Source of the DNA: an uncultured Candidatus Saccharibacteria bacterium
Lineage (GTDB): Bacteria > Patescibacteriota > Saccharimonadia > CAILAD01 > GCA-016700035
Length of the DNA: 64,000 bases
Assembly: GCA_964583675.1 (NCBI GenBank)
Contig: CAZOVH010000001.1
Coordinates: 145,754-209,753, forward strand
Direction of reading: 5' to 3'
In this document: positions 47,897 to 59,218 of the stretch, piece after piece
Layout of the letters: each line of letters begins with the position of its first letter
How positions within the stretch are numbered: position 1 is the first letter of the stretch
The notes under the pieces: model-generated
The model's input: the letters and a program-made list of their open reading frames with translations, nothing else
Databases searched by the model: none
What the model was told of the DNA's origin: nothing
Translations under genes and position numbers: made by a program

Positions 47897-48739
47897 ATGT
47901 TGACTGTTGAATTTCATGACAAGCTTTTCGAAGGCTATAGTAGTGCAGCTCGAGGAGATTTGAAATGCAAACCCAAGCATATTTTTTTTGATCGAACAGC
48001 TAATCATAGCATTGCCTTATTTACTGATGAGAGTCTTGATGAGGTTAACTCATCAAAAGCGGTAATAAATTTAGCATGGCTAGTAGAGTCTCCTGATTTT
48101 AAAAAGAATATTTATAAAAAAATGAGGAAGAAAAAGGTCTACTCGAAGTTTGATCGGATATATACGTTCGACTCTGCGCTACTCGCAAAAGATCCAAGAT
48201 TTGTGATGCTGCCTGTTGGTGGCAGTTGGATTGATGACAAAAACTGGCGAATATACAATAAATACCTCAACCTATCAATGATTGCATCACGAAAAAAACA
48301 GTTGAAAGGGCATAGGTTGCGCCATGAAATTATTGGAAAATTTGCCGATTACCTCGATGAGGTATATGGTAGTGGGTATTTAGCATTTGATAATAAGATA
48401 GATGTCATGAAGCCCTTTAGATATAGTATTGTTATCGAAAACGGCAGGCGTGATTACTATTTTACGGAGAAATTGATCGATTGTTTTGCGGTGGGCACTA
48501 TACCTATTTATTGGGGCTGCCCCAGTATTGGGAAATTTTTCAATCCGGAGGGAATACTCCCTTTTAGGACTTTGCGTGACCTAAAAAAAATCTTAGCTAA
48601 TATTTCAGAGGAAGACTATTTTTCCAGGATGGCAGCTGTTAAAGATAATCTAGCTCGTGCAAAGGATTATGTGATGCCAGAGGATAATATGTATGAACTT
48701 ATGAAGAGAGATCAGCTGTTCTCAACCGAGTTAACATAG
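47897..48739 (+). CDS. GT10-like alpha-1,3/4-fucosyltransferase
   Basis: [46 protein letters not shown] matches the GT10 C-terminal motif (FENS...YVTEK..DA....IPIYWG.P.....FNP). Confidence 0.6.
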   Translation: MLTVEFHDKLFEGYSSAARGDLKCKPKHIFFDRTANHSIALFTDESLDEVNSSKAVINLAWLVESPDFKKNIYKKMRKKKVYSKFDRIYTFDSALLAKDPRFVMLPVGGSWIDDKNWRIYNKYLNLSMIASRKKQLKGHRLRHEIIGKFADYLDEVYGSGYLAFDNKIDVMKPFRYSIVIENGRRDYYFTEKLIDCFAVGTIPIYWGCPSIGKFFNPEGILPFRTLRDLKKILANISEEDYFSRMAAVKDNLARAKDYVMPEDNMYELMKRDQLFSTELT

Positions 48740-48750
48740 GGGGGTATATT

Positions 48751-49308
48751 TTGAAGCAATTAATAAATCTAATGCTTAGCAAGTTTGGCTACAATATAAA
48801 GCGTATACCTCAGGTTTCTGACAGGGATCTCCTAAACGGCACTTACCCAGGGGTTACATTTATAGGTCCATTAGATAATTACAATATTGGTGAAAAAGTT
48901 ACTATTGGCTTAGGGAGTATACTTTTTGCTTGTGAAAATATAACAATTGGTGACAATTCGATGATTGCAGTAGGTGTAATCATTCACACGAGTACGCATG
49001 ATTATGCAGCACATCCAATGTGGAAGTATCGTATTGATCGCCCTGTATATATTGGTGATTATTCATGGATTGGAGCGGGGGCAATAATACTGCCAGGGGT
49101 TAGAATTGGTAGAAATGCTGTAGTTGGGGCTGGCTCAGTTGTTACTGCGAATGTTCCAGAAGGAGCTATAGTTGCGGGAAATCCAGCGAGGATAATTAAG
49201 CATCGAAATAAGGCGGACTACCTCAAAAAGCCTGATATTATTGAGTTTGAGGAAGCAATTACAATAAAAGAGCCTTTCGGTGTTAACAAGATAAAAAGAA
49301 GGAGGTAA
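48751..49308 (+). CDS. Left-handed beta-helix (hexapeptide) O-acetyltransferase, WcaF/Mac-like
   Basis: Hexapeptide repeats are present ([15 protein letters not shown]...[31 protein letters not shown]). The gene has an apparent TTG start. Confidence 0.7.
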   Translation: MKQLINLMLSKFGYNIKRIPQVSDRDLLNGTYPGVTFIGPLDNYNIGEKVTIGLGSILFACENITIGDNSMIAVGVIIHTSTHDYAAHPMWKYRIDRPVYIGDYSWIGAGAIILPGVRIGRNAVVGAGSVVTANVPEGAIVAGNPARIIKHRNKADYLKKPDIIEFEEAITIKEPFGVNKIKRRR

Positions 49309-49312
49309 AGAG

Positions 49313-49966
49313 TTGAATATTTATAGGAAAATACGTGGAAAGATTCTGAAGCCAATCAGAACTGATATTCAATCCGAGAGGGTGAAGCCCTGGTTTGAGA
49401 TAGGTGGCGATAGGACCCTGCGGCTTAACTATGACTTGAATGAAAAATCTATAGTTTTCGATCTTGGTGGCTATGAGGGACAATGGGCTAGCGATATTTA
49501 TTCCAAGTATCGGCCAAAGATATATGTCTTTGAACCAATGCCTGAGTATGCAAAGAATATCAAAGAGCGATTTAAGAAGAATCCTGACATAAAAACGTTT
49601 ATATTTGGGTTGTCTAATGAGGATAAGAAGATAAGTCTTACAGTCGATGGTGATGCTAGTTCGGGTATCAAAGAATCGGACAATGCCATAGAGGCAGAAC
49701 TTAAGAAGGCAGCTACTTTTATAGATAATCTTGGAGTGAATAAGATTGATCTAATGAAAATAAATATTGAAGGTGGAGAATATGATCTACTAGATCACCT
49801 GATAGAAACAGGGTGGATTAAGAATATTGATAATATTCAGGTGCAGTTTCATGATTTTTTCGATGAAGCAGAGGGGAGAATGAAGAAAATTCAGGCCCAG
49901 CTGAAGAAAACTCATAAAATTACCTATCAATATCCATTTGTTTGGGAAAATTGGAAACTTAAGTAG
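49313..49966 (+). CDS. FkbM-family methyltransferase (second copy)
   Basis: FDLGGYEGQWASD...VFEPMPEYAKNIKERF, with an apparent TTG start. Confidence 0.7.
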   Translation: MNIYRKIRGKILKPIRTDIQSERVKPWFEIGGDRTLRLNYDLNEKSIVFDLGGYEGQWASDIYSKYRPKIYVFEPMPEYAKNIKERFKKNPDIKTFIFGLSNEDKKISLTVDGDASSGIKESDNAIEAELKKAATFIDNLGVNKIDLMKINIEGGEYDLLDHLIETGWIKNIDNIQVQFHDFFDEAEGRMKKIQAQLKKTHKITYQYPFVWENWKLK

Positions 49967-49971
49967 TTGAT

Positions 49972-50808
49972 ATGATACGTGTAGTATTACAGGGGGGGCT
50001 AGGCAATCAGATGTTTCAGTATGCTGCCGCTCGAGCGCTCGCTGAGCGGAATAATACGAATGTAGTGTTGGACTTATCGTGGTTTGATCAGGATTTTGAT
50101 CTCGGTTCTACATCTCGAGAGTATGAATTGTCTTGCTTTGTTTTAGATGCAATTACTCCTAAGTCCAAGAACACTATTCGCCAGAAGTTACAGGGACGAT
50201 TCGCGAAAATTTACACTGAACCGCACTTTCATTGCGATCCAGCATTTACGGATCTTCCGAAAAATACTGTCATGAGTGGCTACTTTCAATCTGAGAAATA
50301 TTTTCACGATATACGTGGAATTTTACTGCAGGATTTTTTATGGGCAAAAGAACCGAACGGTAAGAACAAGGATCTTTTAGGGCAAATCGAGGGAGACAGA
50401 TTAAGTGTATCTGTGCATGTTCGCCGAGGTGATTATGTCTCAAATAAAAGTGCAGCAAAATTCCACGGACTTGCTGGGATTGACTACTACAAAGCTGCAG
50501 TAAAAATGGTAGCTGAACAATTGGAAAGCTTAAATTTATATGTGTTTTCCGATGACCCGGATTGGTGTAAGAAGAATTTAAAGTTTACGCAGCCAACGAC
50601 ATATATCTCACATAACAACGATGGCTCAGAGGATATGCGCCTAATGAAAGCCTGCAAGCATAACATTATTGCAAACTCGAGTTTTTCTTGGTGGGGAGCT
50701 TGGCTTAACGAAAATCCGAATAAGATTGTGATTGCACCAAAAAAGTGGTTTTCTCACCCTGAAAGCAATACGAAAGATGTAATACCAGGCTCGTGGCACA
50801 AATTGTAA
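49972..50808 (+). CDS. GT11 alpha-1,2-fucosyltransferase
   Basis: LQGGLGNQMFQYAAARALA is the GT11 signature, and HVRRGDY is also present. Confidence 0.8.
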   Translation: MIRVVLQGGLGNQMFQYAAARALAERNNTNVVLDLSWFDQDFDLGSTSREYELSCFVLDAITPKSKNTIRQKLQGRFAKIYTEPHFHCDPAFTDLPKNTVMSGYFQSEKYFHDIRGILLQDFLWAKEPNGKNKDLLGQIEGDRLSVSVHVRRGDYVSNKSAAKFHGLAGIDYYKAAVKMVAEQLESLNLYVFSDDPDWCKKNLKFTQPTTYISHNNDGSEDMRLMKACKHNIIANSSFSWWGAWLNENPNKIVIAPKKWFSHPESNTKDVIPGSWHKL

Positions 50809-51755
50809 AAAAGAAAGCTAAAGGCAAGTCAAAAGCGCCTCTTGTTTCGGTGGTGATGAGTGTCTATAACGGTGAGAAATATCTACGTGAGGCGATGGAT
50901 TCTATATTGAATCAAACTTATAAAAACCTCGAATTTATCATTATTGATGACGGGTCCACTGATGATACGCTCAAAATTATAAAAACCTACAAAGACCCAC
51001 GTATTATCTTGATTACTCGTGAAAATAAGGGGTTGGTTGCTTCGCTCAATGAGGGAATCAAAAAGGCTAAGGGGAGCTACATAGCTAGGCAAGACGCCGA
51101 TGACATAAGTGAAGTCGATAGGATTAATCGTCAAGTAGAATATATGAAGCAGAGACCTAATGTGGGTCTGGTTGGGTCTTCAATTAGGATAATCAATGAG
51201 CGAGGTGATTCTAGGGGTGTACATTATGTTTATAGTGAATCATTAGACGTTAAGAGAGAGTTAATGATTCGTAGTCCGTTTGCCCATGGTTCAATTATGC
51301 TGAATAAAAATAAACTAAATAGGCATGATATATATAATTCGGAATATTGGCCCGCCGAAGATTATGCGGTATGGAGCTCATTAATTTCAGATGGTGTGTG
51401 TGCGGGTAATATTCATGAGGCTCTATACAGGTATAGAGATAACACTGAAGGCATCTCAAGTAGTAATCCAGAGCTACAAAAAAACAAGTCTAATATAATA
51501 CGCCAATCAAACTTGGGGAATTTCGAAAAGCTATGGAGTCCGGTAGATTGGTTCAAAACAGAGAAGAGTACCGCACTAAAAAAGAGAATGTTTACTGACA
51601 TGAGTTATTTAATCAGGGAGCTTAGCTGTCGCGGTATGTGCAGGGAGGCTATAATAGTAGCGATGAATTGGCTATCAAGTTTTTTTACTAGGACTCCGTA
51701 TACTGTATTAATAGAGCATGCCAGGAGATATATAGGCGGTGTGCTGCATGGCTGA
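50793..51755 (+). CDS. GT2 glycosyltransferase
   Basis: VSVVMSVYNGEKYLREAMDSILNQTYKNLEFIIIDDGSTD and a DAD motif are present. Confidence 0.75.
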   Translation: MAQIVKKKAKGKSKAPLVSVVMSVYNGEKYLREAMDSILNQTYKNLEFIIIDDGSTDDTLKIIKTYKDPRIILITRENKGLVASLNEGIKKAKGSYIARQDADDISEVDRINRQVEYMKQRPNVGLVGSSIRIINERGDSRGVHYVYSESLDVKRELMIRSPFAHGSIMLNKNKLNRHDIYNSEYWPAEDYAVWSSLISDGVCAGNIHEALYRYRDNTEGISSSNPELQKNKSNIIRQSNLGNFEKLWSPVDWFKTEKSTALKKRMFTDMSYLIRELSCRGMCREAIIVAMNWLSSFFTRTPYTVLIEHARRYIGGVLHG

Positions 51756-52635
51756 TATTAGGGCTACAATAGTAATTCCTACCTATAATCGAGACTTTGT
51801 ATTATTAGATACTATTGAAAGCTGTCTGGCTCAACGCGTGAAGGTGAAGTTAATCATTGCTGACCAGTCTGACGAAGAAAATATACAGCTGAAGGATTGG
51901 ATAGCAAAGCAGAGTCAACGAAATAGGATCTCATACTATTGGATCAAGCCCGCCTCGGTGACGGCCGCTAAAAATTTCGCATTGCAGAGAGTTGATACAC
52001 CAATAGTTATCTTTATTGATGACGATGTAATTCTCTCAAAAGAATTTGTACGTGAACATCTTGCAATTTTGGATTCTAAAGAAGATGTTGCAGCCGTAGC
52101 TGGACGTGTCAAGCAAAAAGGATTCCCCACTCAGGGGCCCATATTACACTTTGATAAATATGCTGTTTCAAGGGGTATATTCAATTCTCGAACCGAAGGA
52201 TATACTAATTCATTCCCGGGTGGAAACGTAGCTTTATGGACAGATATTGCAAGGTCTGTCGGAGGCTTTGATACGAGATTTTCCAAGGGTGCCTTTAGGG
52301 AGGAAAGTATATTTGCTTATAAGGTGCATAGAGCAGGTCACAAGATTTTTTATAGCCATAAGCCTTGGCTACTGCATCTCGCCGCCCCAAGAGGAGGAAA
52401 CAGAATAGCAAAAAACCCCTATGATAGCTGGCATTTTTATAGAAACGAGTTATTCTTTACATTATATGTGGTTAGGTCGCAGAACTTGCTGAAAGCCCTA
52501 AAAATTAAATATAGAACATATTGCAGGGCATCTAGAAGGCGACTTCCGGCGCGAAGCATAATGTTTGGTGTCGGGTTGCTGGTTGCAGTAAAGCGCATGT
52601 TTTTCGATAGGCAGATATGTGCTGGCATAAGGTAA
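51739..52635 (+). CDS. GT2 glycosyltransferase
   Basis: ATIVIPTYNRDFVLLDTIESCLAQ...IFIDDD. Confidence 0.7.
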   Translation: MCCMADIRATIVIPTYNRDFVLLDTIESCLAQRVKVKLIIADQSDEENIQLKDWIAKQSQRNRISYYWIKPASVTAAKNFALQRVDTPIVIFIDDDVILSKEFVREHLAILDSKEDVAAVAGRVKQKGFPTQGPILHFDKYAVSRGIFNSRTEGYTNSFPGGNVALWTDIARSVGGFDTRFSKGAFREESIFAYKVHRAGHKIFYSHKPWLLHLAAPRGGNRIAKNPYDSWHFYRNELFFTLYVVRSQNLLKALKIKYRTYCRASRRRLPARSIMFGVGLLVAVKRMFFDRQICAGIR

Positions 52636-52686
52636 TGTGCTTGTACTTAGTTGCTTGTTAATAGGGTTTATTACAGGAGTATATTG

Positions 52687-53862
52687 ATGAAAATAGCAAT
52701 TGACTTACGACCACTACAGAGTGGCCATCAACACAGAGGAATCGGTAAATATATTGCTAATGTAGTTCCTGCCTTGTTTAAAGTCGGTAAACAGCATGAA
52801 TTTTATTGTTATCATTATGGTGATACGCCACCAAAACTTTCTTATGTGTCGCCATCTGTAAAATTTATAAGTCTCGGTAATTATGATCCAGGCTCATTCA
52901 GCTCTAAGCTTTATAGAAAATTGTTTATGCATCAACCTGGACTTAAAGAGTCGGTGGAGACAGATGTATTTTTTCAGCCAGATATTGGGTTTGGACTTAG
53001 TAAAAATACTCCTACAGTAGTTACGCTGTATGATCTTATACCGATTATTTATAGAGAAAAGTATTTTGTACCGAGGAAAAAGCCGAGTTTTTTGCGACCT
53101 TTTTGGAATATGCGCAATGAGCAGGTGTTTCAACAATTTATGCGTTTGAACGCTAGATTCGCATTAGTTGATCGTATAGTCAGTATTTCTCAAGCATCTA
53201 TTGATGATTTACATAAGGTTTTTCCGAACACTACCCACGTACCCTATTTGGTAACGCCGTTAGCTGCACAGAAGCTTCCAGTGCCGAGCAAAAGGAAAAT
53301 TAACAATAAGCCTTACATGCTGTATGTGGGTGGGACTGATTCTCGAAAAAACCTTATCAAATTAGTGGACATGTATGAAGGTGCACTTAATGGTGGAATT
53401 GATGTTGACTTGGTCTTGATTGGGTATGATTTTGAGCAACCTAAATTTTATGACACGGCTCGTTTGTTAAAGCACATAGACAAATCTCCAGTAAAGAAAA
53501 GAATTAGAGTAGTTGGGTATGCAGATGATGCAAAATTGGCTACCTATTACTCTCAGGCTCAAGCACTGTTATTTGCTTCGGAGTATGAGGGTTTTGGTAT
53601 GCCGATTCTGGAGGCGATGCAAGCTGGTTGCCCAGTAATTTGCTTTAACAATTCATCTATTCCAGAAGTTGCTGGTAATGCGGCAATAATGGTAGATACG
53701 GAAGCCGCCTTTATTGATAGTATTGTACAGCTTGCCAAGTCTGAAAAGCTACGTAAAGAGCTTATTCAGAAGGGTAAGAAACAGGTTGCAGGCTTTACGT
53801 GGGAAAATGCTGCTGAGCTTACGCTTAAGGCTTTGGAGGGATCGGCAAAAGCAAAGAACTAA
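52687..53862 (+). CDS. GT4 glycosyltransferase
   Basis: The C-terminal motif ASEYEGFGMPILEAMQAGCPVI is present. The likely start is MKIAIDL. Confidence 0.75.
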   Translation: MKIAIDLRPLQSGHQHRGIGKYIANVVPALFKVGKQHEFYCYHYGDTPPKLSYVSPSVKFISLGNYDPGSFSSKLYRKLFMHQPGLKESVETDVFFQPDIGFGLSKNTPTVVTLYDLIPIIYREKYFVPRKKPSFLRPFWNMRNEQVFQQFMRLNARFALVDRIVSISQASIDDLHKVFPNTTHVPYLVTPLAAQKLPVPSKRKINNKPYMLYVGGTDSRKNLIKLVDMYEGALNGGIDVDLVLIGYDFEQPKFYDTARLLKHIDKSPVKKRIRVVGYADDAKLATYYSQAQALLFASEYEGFGMPILEAMQAGCPVICFNNSSIPEVAGNAAIMVDTEAAFIDSIVQLAKSEKLRKELIQKGKKQVAGFTWENAAELTLKALEGSAKAKN

Positions 53863-53864
53863 AC

Positions 53865-54824
53865 TTAGCTTAGTTCTTTAACATCGGCATCAACCATCAT
53901 CTTTACGAGTTCTTCAAAGCTCACTTTTGGTTCCCATTTAAGCTGTTTTTTAGCGTGGGCTGGGTCACCGATGAGGAGATCTACTTCGGCCGGTCTGAAG
54001 TATTTTTCGCTGACTTCTACATATTTTTCCCAATCGAGCCCTACGTGTTTAAAAGCGATTTGGCAGAATTCTTTTACGGAGTGGGTTTCGTTAGTGGCAA
54101 CTACGTAGTCGTCTGGGCTATCTGCTTGGAGCATGAGCCACATAGCTTCTACGTAGTCTCCGGCAAAGCCCCAGTCTCGCTTGGCATCTAGGTTGCCAAG
54201 GAGGAGTTTATCTTGTTTGCCGGCTTTAATGGCTGCAACTGCACGAGTGATTTTGCGAGTTACAAATGTTTCGCCACGGCGTGGGCTTTCGTGATTGAAC
54301 AAAATTCCGTTGCACGCAAACATATCGTAGCTTTCGCGGTAATTTTTTGTAATCCAGTAAGAGTATACTTTGGCAGCACCATACGGCGATCGTGGGTAGA
54401 AAGGAGTCTGCTCTGTTTGGGGGACTTCTAATACTTTGCCAAACATTTCGCTGGAGCTAGCTTGGTAAAATTTTGCGCTTGGTGCACAGGTTCGAATCGC
54501 TTCCATAAGGCGCAGGGTGCCGGTGCCAGTAACATCGGCGGTGTATTCAGGAACATCAAACGAAACCTTTACGTGACTTTGGGCAGCGAGGTTATATACC
54601 TCATTGGGTTGTACTGCTGAAATAATGTGATGCAGGGAACTGGAATCAGCGAGATCGCCATAGTGCATTTCAATTTGGTCGAAAATATGTTCAATGCGTC
54701 CAGTAGTAAAGGTGCTATTGCGGCGCATGATTCCATGAACTTCATAGTCTTTTTCAAGAAGTAATTCCGCTAAATATGAGCCGTCTTGCCCGGTAATTCC
54801 TGTAATGAGCGCTTTCTTTGCCAC
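53865..54824 (-). CDS. gmd: GDP-mannose 4,6-dehydratase
   Basis: [30 protein letters not shown], the Y..K catalytic dyad and the overall short-chain dehydrogenase/reductase extended pattern match Gmd. Confidence 0.9.
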   Translation of the reverse strand: MAKKALITGITGQDGSYLAELLLEKDYEVHGIMRRNSTFTTGRIEHIFDQIEMHYGDLADSSSLHHIISAVQPNEVYNLAAQSHVKVSFDVPEYTADVTGTGTLRLMEAIRTCAPSAKFYQASSSEMFGKVLEVPQTEQTPFYPRSPYGAAKVYSYWITKNYRESYDMFACNGILFNHESPRRGETFVTRKITRAVAAIKAGKQDKLLLGNLDAKRDWGFAGDYVEAMWLMLQADSPDDYVVATNETHSVKEFCQIAFKHVGLDWEKYVEVSEKYFRPAEVDLLIGDPAHAKKQLKWEPKVSFEELVKMMVDADVKELS

Positions 54825-54870
54825 GAATCCTCCTTGGTTATCTGAACATTAGGTATAATACACAGTATAT

Positions 54871-56031
54871 ATGCGCGTGGCTATTTATCACAATCTACCC
54901 GATGGAGGCGCTATAAGGGCACTTCACGAACTAGTCAGGCACTCTTATGAAGAGGTTGAGTACGACCTGTATCAACTTGCGCCAATTGATCAGGCGTCTC
55001 GGTATAATTTTCAACCTTATGTAAAAAATCATAAAAGCTATGATTATATCTATAGCCCTTCAAAAATAGACATACTCATAGAAATAGTTACTCGGTTCGC
55101 AAGGCTACGTCGTATACAGAAAAACATTGCCCATGAGATTGATAGTAAAAATTATGATGCAGTATTTGTTCATCACTGCGCCATAGCACAAACTCCATTT
55201 TTGTTGGAATATCTGAAAACAAAGAGTTTATATTTTATTCAGGAGCCTAGGCGCTTAAGTTTTGAGCAAGACTTTTATAAGAACTCAAAAGAAATGATTC
55301 CTAAAGTTCTCCGAGCGCCGTGGGTTCTCCGCCAGAAGATACTCAAGGATTTCGATATAGTAAATGCTAGTAAGTGTTCAGCTGCGCTCTGTAATTCGAA
55401 GTATGCTCAAGGAAATATTTCTAAGGCTTATAATATCAATGCCGAGGTGTGTTACTTGGGTATTGATAAAGAAAAATTTTTCTATACCAAGCAAGCTAAG
55501 AAAAATCAGATCGTTGTAGTGGGTACGTTGCATCCCGCAAAGGGTCAGGACTTGGCCATTAGGGCTGTTAAGAAAGTCGAGTCTAAAAAGGGGATGAAAC
55601 TGATTTTTGTCTATGAAAATTATGATGCAAGATACAAGCGAGCGTTAGAAGTACTTTCAAAAGAGCTTGGCATTACAACTGAATTTAGGCAAGGAGTTAC
55701 AGATGAGCAGCTCGCACGAATTTATCGGGAGAGTATTATGACCCTTGCTGTAGCGGCCAAAGAACCTTTTGGCTTTACCCCCATAGAGTCTGCAGCTTGC
55801 GGTACACCAACGGTTGCTGTAAAGGAAGGTGGGTATCTAGAGACTGTGGTGGATGGCCAGAACGGATTGTTGTGCAATAGGAACGCAAAAAGTATAACGC
55901 GCGCGATTGATGAAGCAATTCAAACTAAGTGGGACCCAGCTAAGATGAGTAAAAAAGCCCGACTACAGTGGAGCTGGCAGGCCTCTGCCAAGACTTACTT
56001 AACCGTATTAGAGGAGCTAGTTAATGACTAA
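54871..56031 (+). CDS. GT4 glycosyltransferase
   Basis: AAKEPFGFTPIESAACGTPTV is the GT4 EX7E region. Confidence 0.75.
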   Translation: MRVAIYHNLPDGGAIRALHELVRHSYEEVEYDLYQLAPIDQASRYNFQPYVKNHKSYDYIYSPSKIDILIEIVTRFARLRRIQKNIAHEIDSKNYDAVFVHHCAIAQTPFLLEYLKTKSLYFIQEPRRLSFEQDFYKNSKEMIPKVLRAPWVLRQKILKDFDIVNASKCSAALCNSKYAQGNISKAYNINAEVCYLGIDKEKFFYTKQAKKNQIVVVGTLHPAKGQDLAIRAVKKVESKKGMKLIFVYENYDARYKRALEVLSKELGITTEFRQGVTDEQLARIYRESIMTLAVAAKEPFGFTPIESAACGTPTVAVKEGGYLETVVDGQNGLLCNRNAKSITRAIDEAIQTKWDPAKMSKKARLQWSWQASAKTYLTVLEELVND

Positions 56032-57001
56032 AGCTAAAGTAACCGTGGTCTTGGTTAATTGGAATGGGGCCGAAATAATTTCGGCTGCCCTCGATTCCTT
56101 AAGAGTACAAACCTTTAAGGATTTTGATGCTGTAGTGGTAGATAATAATTCTCAGGATGACTCTATTAGTTTTATAGCTAAAAACTATCCAGAGGTAAAA
56201 GTGATCCGTGAGAGTAAAAATCATGGGTTTGCTGCGGCGGTAAATATTGCGGTCAGAAATATTCAGTCTGAGTACTTTGCACTCCTGAATACGGATGCTG
56301 TTGCTGACAAAAATTGGCTAAAACAACTTGTAGAGACTGCCGATGCCGATGATGGATTGGCCGTTGTGACGTCAGTATCTGTATTTCCCGACGGAGAGAC
56401 TATTGATGCATTGGGCGATGATATGAGCCGCTGGGGAGTTGCATTTCCAAGGTTGAGAGGAAAGAGTGTTGCTTCTGCAAAAAAACAATCTAGCCAAGAA
56501 ATATTTTCTGGATCGGGAGGCTATTCTCTTTATCGGGTTAAAGTATGGCGGGAGATAGGAGGTTTTGATAGTGCGTTCTTTATGTATTACGAAGACGTAG
56601 ATTATTGTTACCGAGCTCGTCTCAATGGTTACGGCATAGGATTGGCGTCCGGGGCGCTCATTACACATGGTTTGGGCGTATCTTCAGGCAAGAGAGGGAA
56701 GAATTTCTCTCGTCGCTATGTAATACGTAATGCTCAGTATGTCTATTGGAAAAATACACCTACTAAAATTATCTATCGAACAGCAATTAAATTCTGTTTT
56801 GTAAATGTGTATATGGCGCTCGCTGCCATCAAATCTTTAGCTTTCAGAGAATTATTTACGGCCTATTTTGAGTTTGTTAGAGCTATACCCCGTATCTTCC
56901 GGGAAAGGAAACATATTCAAGATAGGTCGAAAGTTACTTGGCCAGAGCTCTACAGAATGATGTCCCGTCAGTGGCCATTCAGAGGTAATAGTAGTCTATG
57001 A
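56024..57001 (+). CDS. GT2 glycosyltransferase
   Basis: VTVVLVNWNGAEIISAALDSLRVQTFKDFDAVVVDNNSQDD. Confidence 0.75.
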   Translation: MTKAKVTVVLVNWNGAEIISAALDSLRVQTFKDFDAVVVDNNSQDDSISFIAKNYPEVKVIRESKNHGFAAAVNIAVRNIQSEYFALLNTDAVADKNWLKQLVETADADDGLAVVTSVSVFPDGETIDALGDDMSRWGVAFPRLRGKSVASAKKQSSQEIFSGSGGYSLYRVKVWREIGGFDSAFFMYYEDVDYCYRARLNGYGIGLASGALITHGLGVSSGKRGKNFSRRYVIRNAQYVYWKNTPTKIIYRTAIKFCFVNVYMALAAIKSLAFRELFTAYFEFVRAIPRIFRERKHIQDRSKVTWPELYRMMSRQWPFRGNSSL

Positions 57002-57846
57002 AGCTGTCAGTTATATATGTGAACTACAACACGGAAGATTTATTGATAGATAGTTTGGCTAGCTTAAAGAAAAATTTGAGATTAAAACCAGCTGATTATG
57101 AAGTGTTAGTGATAGATAACGCATCCAGGAATCTGAATAAAAAAAGGATTCAGCAAACATTTAAGGACATTAAGATGGTGGAGCTTAACGAGAACTGCGG
57201 TTTTGGTCGGGGTAATAACGAGGGTGCAAGGCGAGCAAAAGGAGAATATATCTGGCTACTTAACACGGATACAATTGTTCCTAAGGACAACAACATAAAT
57301 GAACTTTTAAATTTTCTTCGCAATAATCGAGAGTATGCAGCAGCATTACCCTTGTTATCAGATGATCAAGGGGCTGTACAGCCGGCTCAGACTGATGATT
57401 TCCCAGCGCTCTATAAGCTTATTATTTTAAAACCGTTGGGATTGTTGAGCAGGTTAGTTACAGGTAAAAAAGATGATGTACGGCCTGCAGATCAAGATGT
57501 GGATGTTGCGGTTGCGGCAGCACTCGTTATATCTAAAGATATTTTTCAGCAGATTGATGGTTTTGACGGACGTTACTTCATGTATTATGAAGATACAGAC
57601 CTGTGTAGAGCGATTTCTGCAGCTGGTTACAAAATAAGATTTTTTACTTCTGCTCACATTATTCACTTATGGGGAAGAAGTATTACATCTTCCTCAAGCC
57701 GTAAAAAGTATTATTATGAGTCACAAAACAAATATTTCAAAAAGTGGCATGGAAATACAGCTGCCGCTGTACTACGAATATTTCGTGCGCCACTTTACAT
57801 TAAGAATGTTATTTTAGCGGGAACACATGAGAGACAAGACGCATAA
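56998..57846 (+). CDS. GT2 glycosyltransferase
   Basis: LSVIYVNYNTEDLL...VLVIDNASRN. Confidence 0.75.
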   Translation: MKLSVIYVNYNTEDLLIDSLASLKKNLRLKPADYEVLVIDNASRNLNKKRIQQTFKDIKMVELNENCGFGRGNNEGARRAKGEYIWLLNTDTIVPKDNNINELLNFLRNNREYAAALPLLSDDQGAVQPAQTDDFPALYKLIILKPLGLLSRLVTGKKDDVRPADQDVDVAVAAALVISKDIFQQIDGFDGRYFMYYEDTDLCRAISAAGYKIRFFTSAHIIHLWGRSITSSSSRKKYYYESQNKYFKKWHGNTAAAVLRIFRAPLYIKNVILAGTHERQDA

Positions 57847-59218
57847 GTTTATTACATACATCCGTAGTAATCCTGACTTAACCCTCCTTCAAGTCATGGT
57901 ATTGTCTTTGCCGTTTGAGCGCATACCGTCTTTAGATGTTGCATTCGTAACACTTAGGCCGAGTTTACTAATCGGGGGTATATTGATTTTCCGGGCGCTT
58001 TGGCTGCTTGGCAGGTTTCGTAAACTAGCAAAGTTGCCGCTCGAGGTATTGTTAATTGGGCTATTCATATTGTGGATAACATTACTTATCCCTGCCTCTA
58101 TAAGTCAGACCCGAGCTCTGCAGGTGGTAGTTTATACAAGTTTTACAGTTAGTGTTGCTCTAAGTATTTTCTATATTTGGCAGAAGATTAATTCTCAATC
58201 TAGGAGAAAAGTAATTTTGGCATTGTATGTAGCGGCTATTGTTACTTCAATCTTTGGGCTTTATCAGTATTTTGGTGACTTTTTTGGACTAGGGCCTAAC
58301 TTCACGGGACTTGCCGAAAGGTATAGCTGGAAGGTCTTTGGCTTTGCTAGAGTTCAATCGACGGGCTTAGAGCCTCTCTACTATGGTTCCTACTTATTAA
58401 TGCCTACACTCATTCTCATGAATGAGATTCTTTACAGAAAAGACACTATCCCGTATAGCGCAGCAGTATTGACTTTATTCGTGACGACGCTAGGTCTCAC
58501 TCTGTCGAGGGGTGCAATTTATGGCCTGATTGGTGCGACTTTAGTTACCTTTTTCTTGTCGGCGATCTTTAGGAAAAAACTCAAGCAAGGCAGATTTAAA
58601 AGAGTAGTTCTGGCAATTGTTATGGGCTTTCTGTTGTCATTGGCATGTGTCCAGCTCTTCAACCGTACGCCGCCAACCGAAGGGCCTACTGAGGGCAAGA
58701 AAGCCGCGGGTGCTTACGTGCAACAGCTTACAAACTCCGGAGTTGAAGGGGCTGGTGATGACCGAAGTCGTTTTAGGAGCAAGGCAATTAGTATGGCCAC
58801 CTCCGATATTAATGTTTTGATGTTTGGTATAGGGCCAGGGCAATTTGGTCCGTATATTCAAGGGACTAATGCTGAGGGGGGCTGGGTAATCGTAAATAAT
58901 CTTCCATTAGAAATTCTTTTGGAAACTGGTGTAATTGGATTTCTCATCATGCTAACTGTAATTATCCTAGTTGTTCGTCAGTCTCTTACTTTATTGTCAA
59001 AAGCTGATAGCTACGAGAGCTATCTTATCTTTGGCTTGCTTGCATATCTATTTTCTCAGTTCATTCAGGCACAAACATTTTCTACTCTTTATATTCTTCA
59101 CATTTGGAGTGCGATAGGAATCTTATTGGCTGTAAATTACTCCGCGAAAAGATCTATTCAGACTAGCAAGAGAAAGCGTGCACAAGGCAGAAAGCATGCA
59201 GCTACGACCAAGTCTTAG
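57827..59218 (+). CDS. O-antigen ligase/polymerase-like (Wzy_C) polytopic membrane protein
   Basis: About 11 TM segments, with the Wzy_C-type segment LTLSRGAIYGLIGATLV and a periplasmic loop. Confidence 0.55.
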   Translation: MRDKTHKFITYIRSNPDLTLLQVMVLSLPFERIPSLDVAFVTLRPSLLIGGILIFRALWLLGRFRKLAKLPLEVLLIGLFILWITLLIPASISQTRALQVVVYTSFTVSVALSIFYIWQKINSQSRRKVILALYVAAIVTSIFGLYQYFGDFFGLGPNFTGLAERYSWKVFGFARVQSTGLEPLYYGSYLLMPTLILMNEILYRKDTIPYSAAVLTLFVTTLGLTLSRGAIYGLIGATLVTFFLSAIFRKKLKQGRFKRVVLAIVMGFLLSLACVQLFNRTPPTEGPTEGKKAAGAYVQQLTNSGVEGAGDDRSRFRSKAISMATSDINVLMFGIGPGQFGPYIQGTNAEGGWVIVNNLPLEILLETGVIGFLIMLTVIILVVRQSLTLLSKADSYESYLIFGLLAYLFSQFIQAQTFSTLYILHIWSAIGILLAVNYSAKRSIQTSKRKRAQGRKHAATTKS

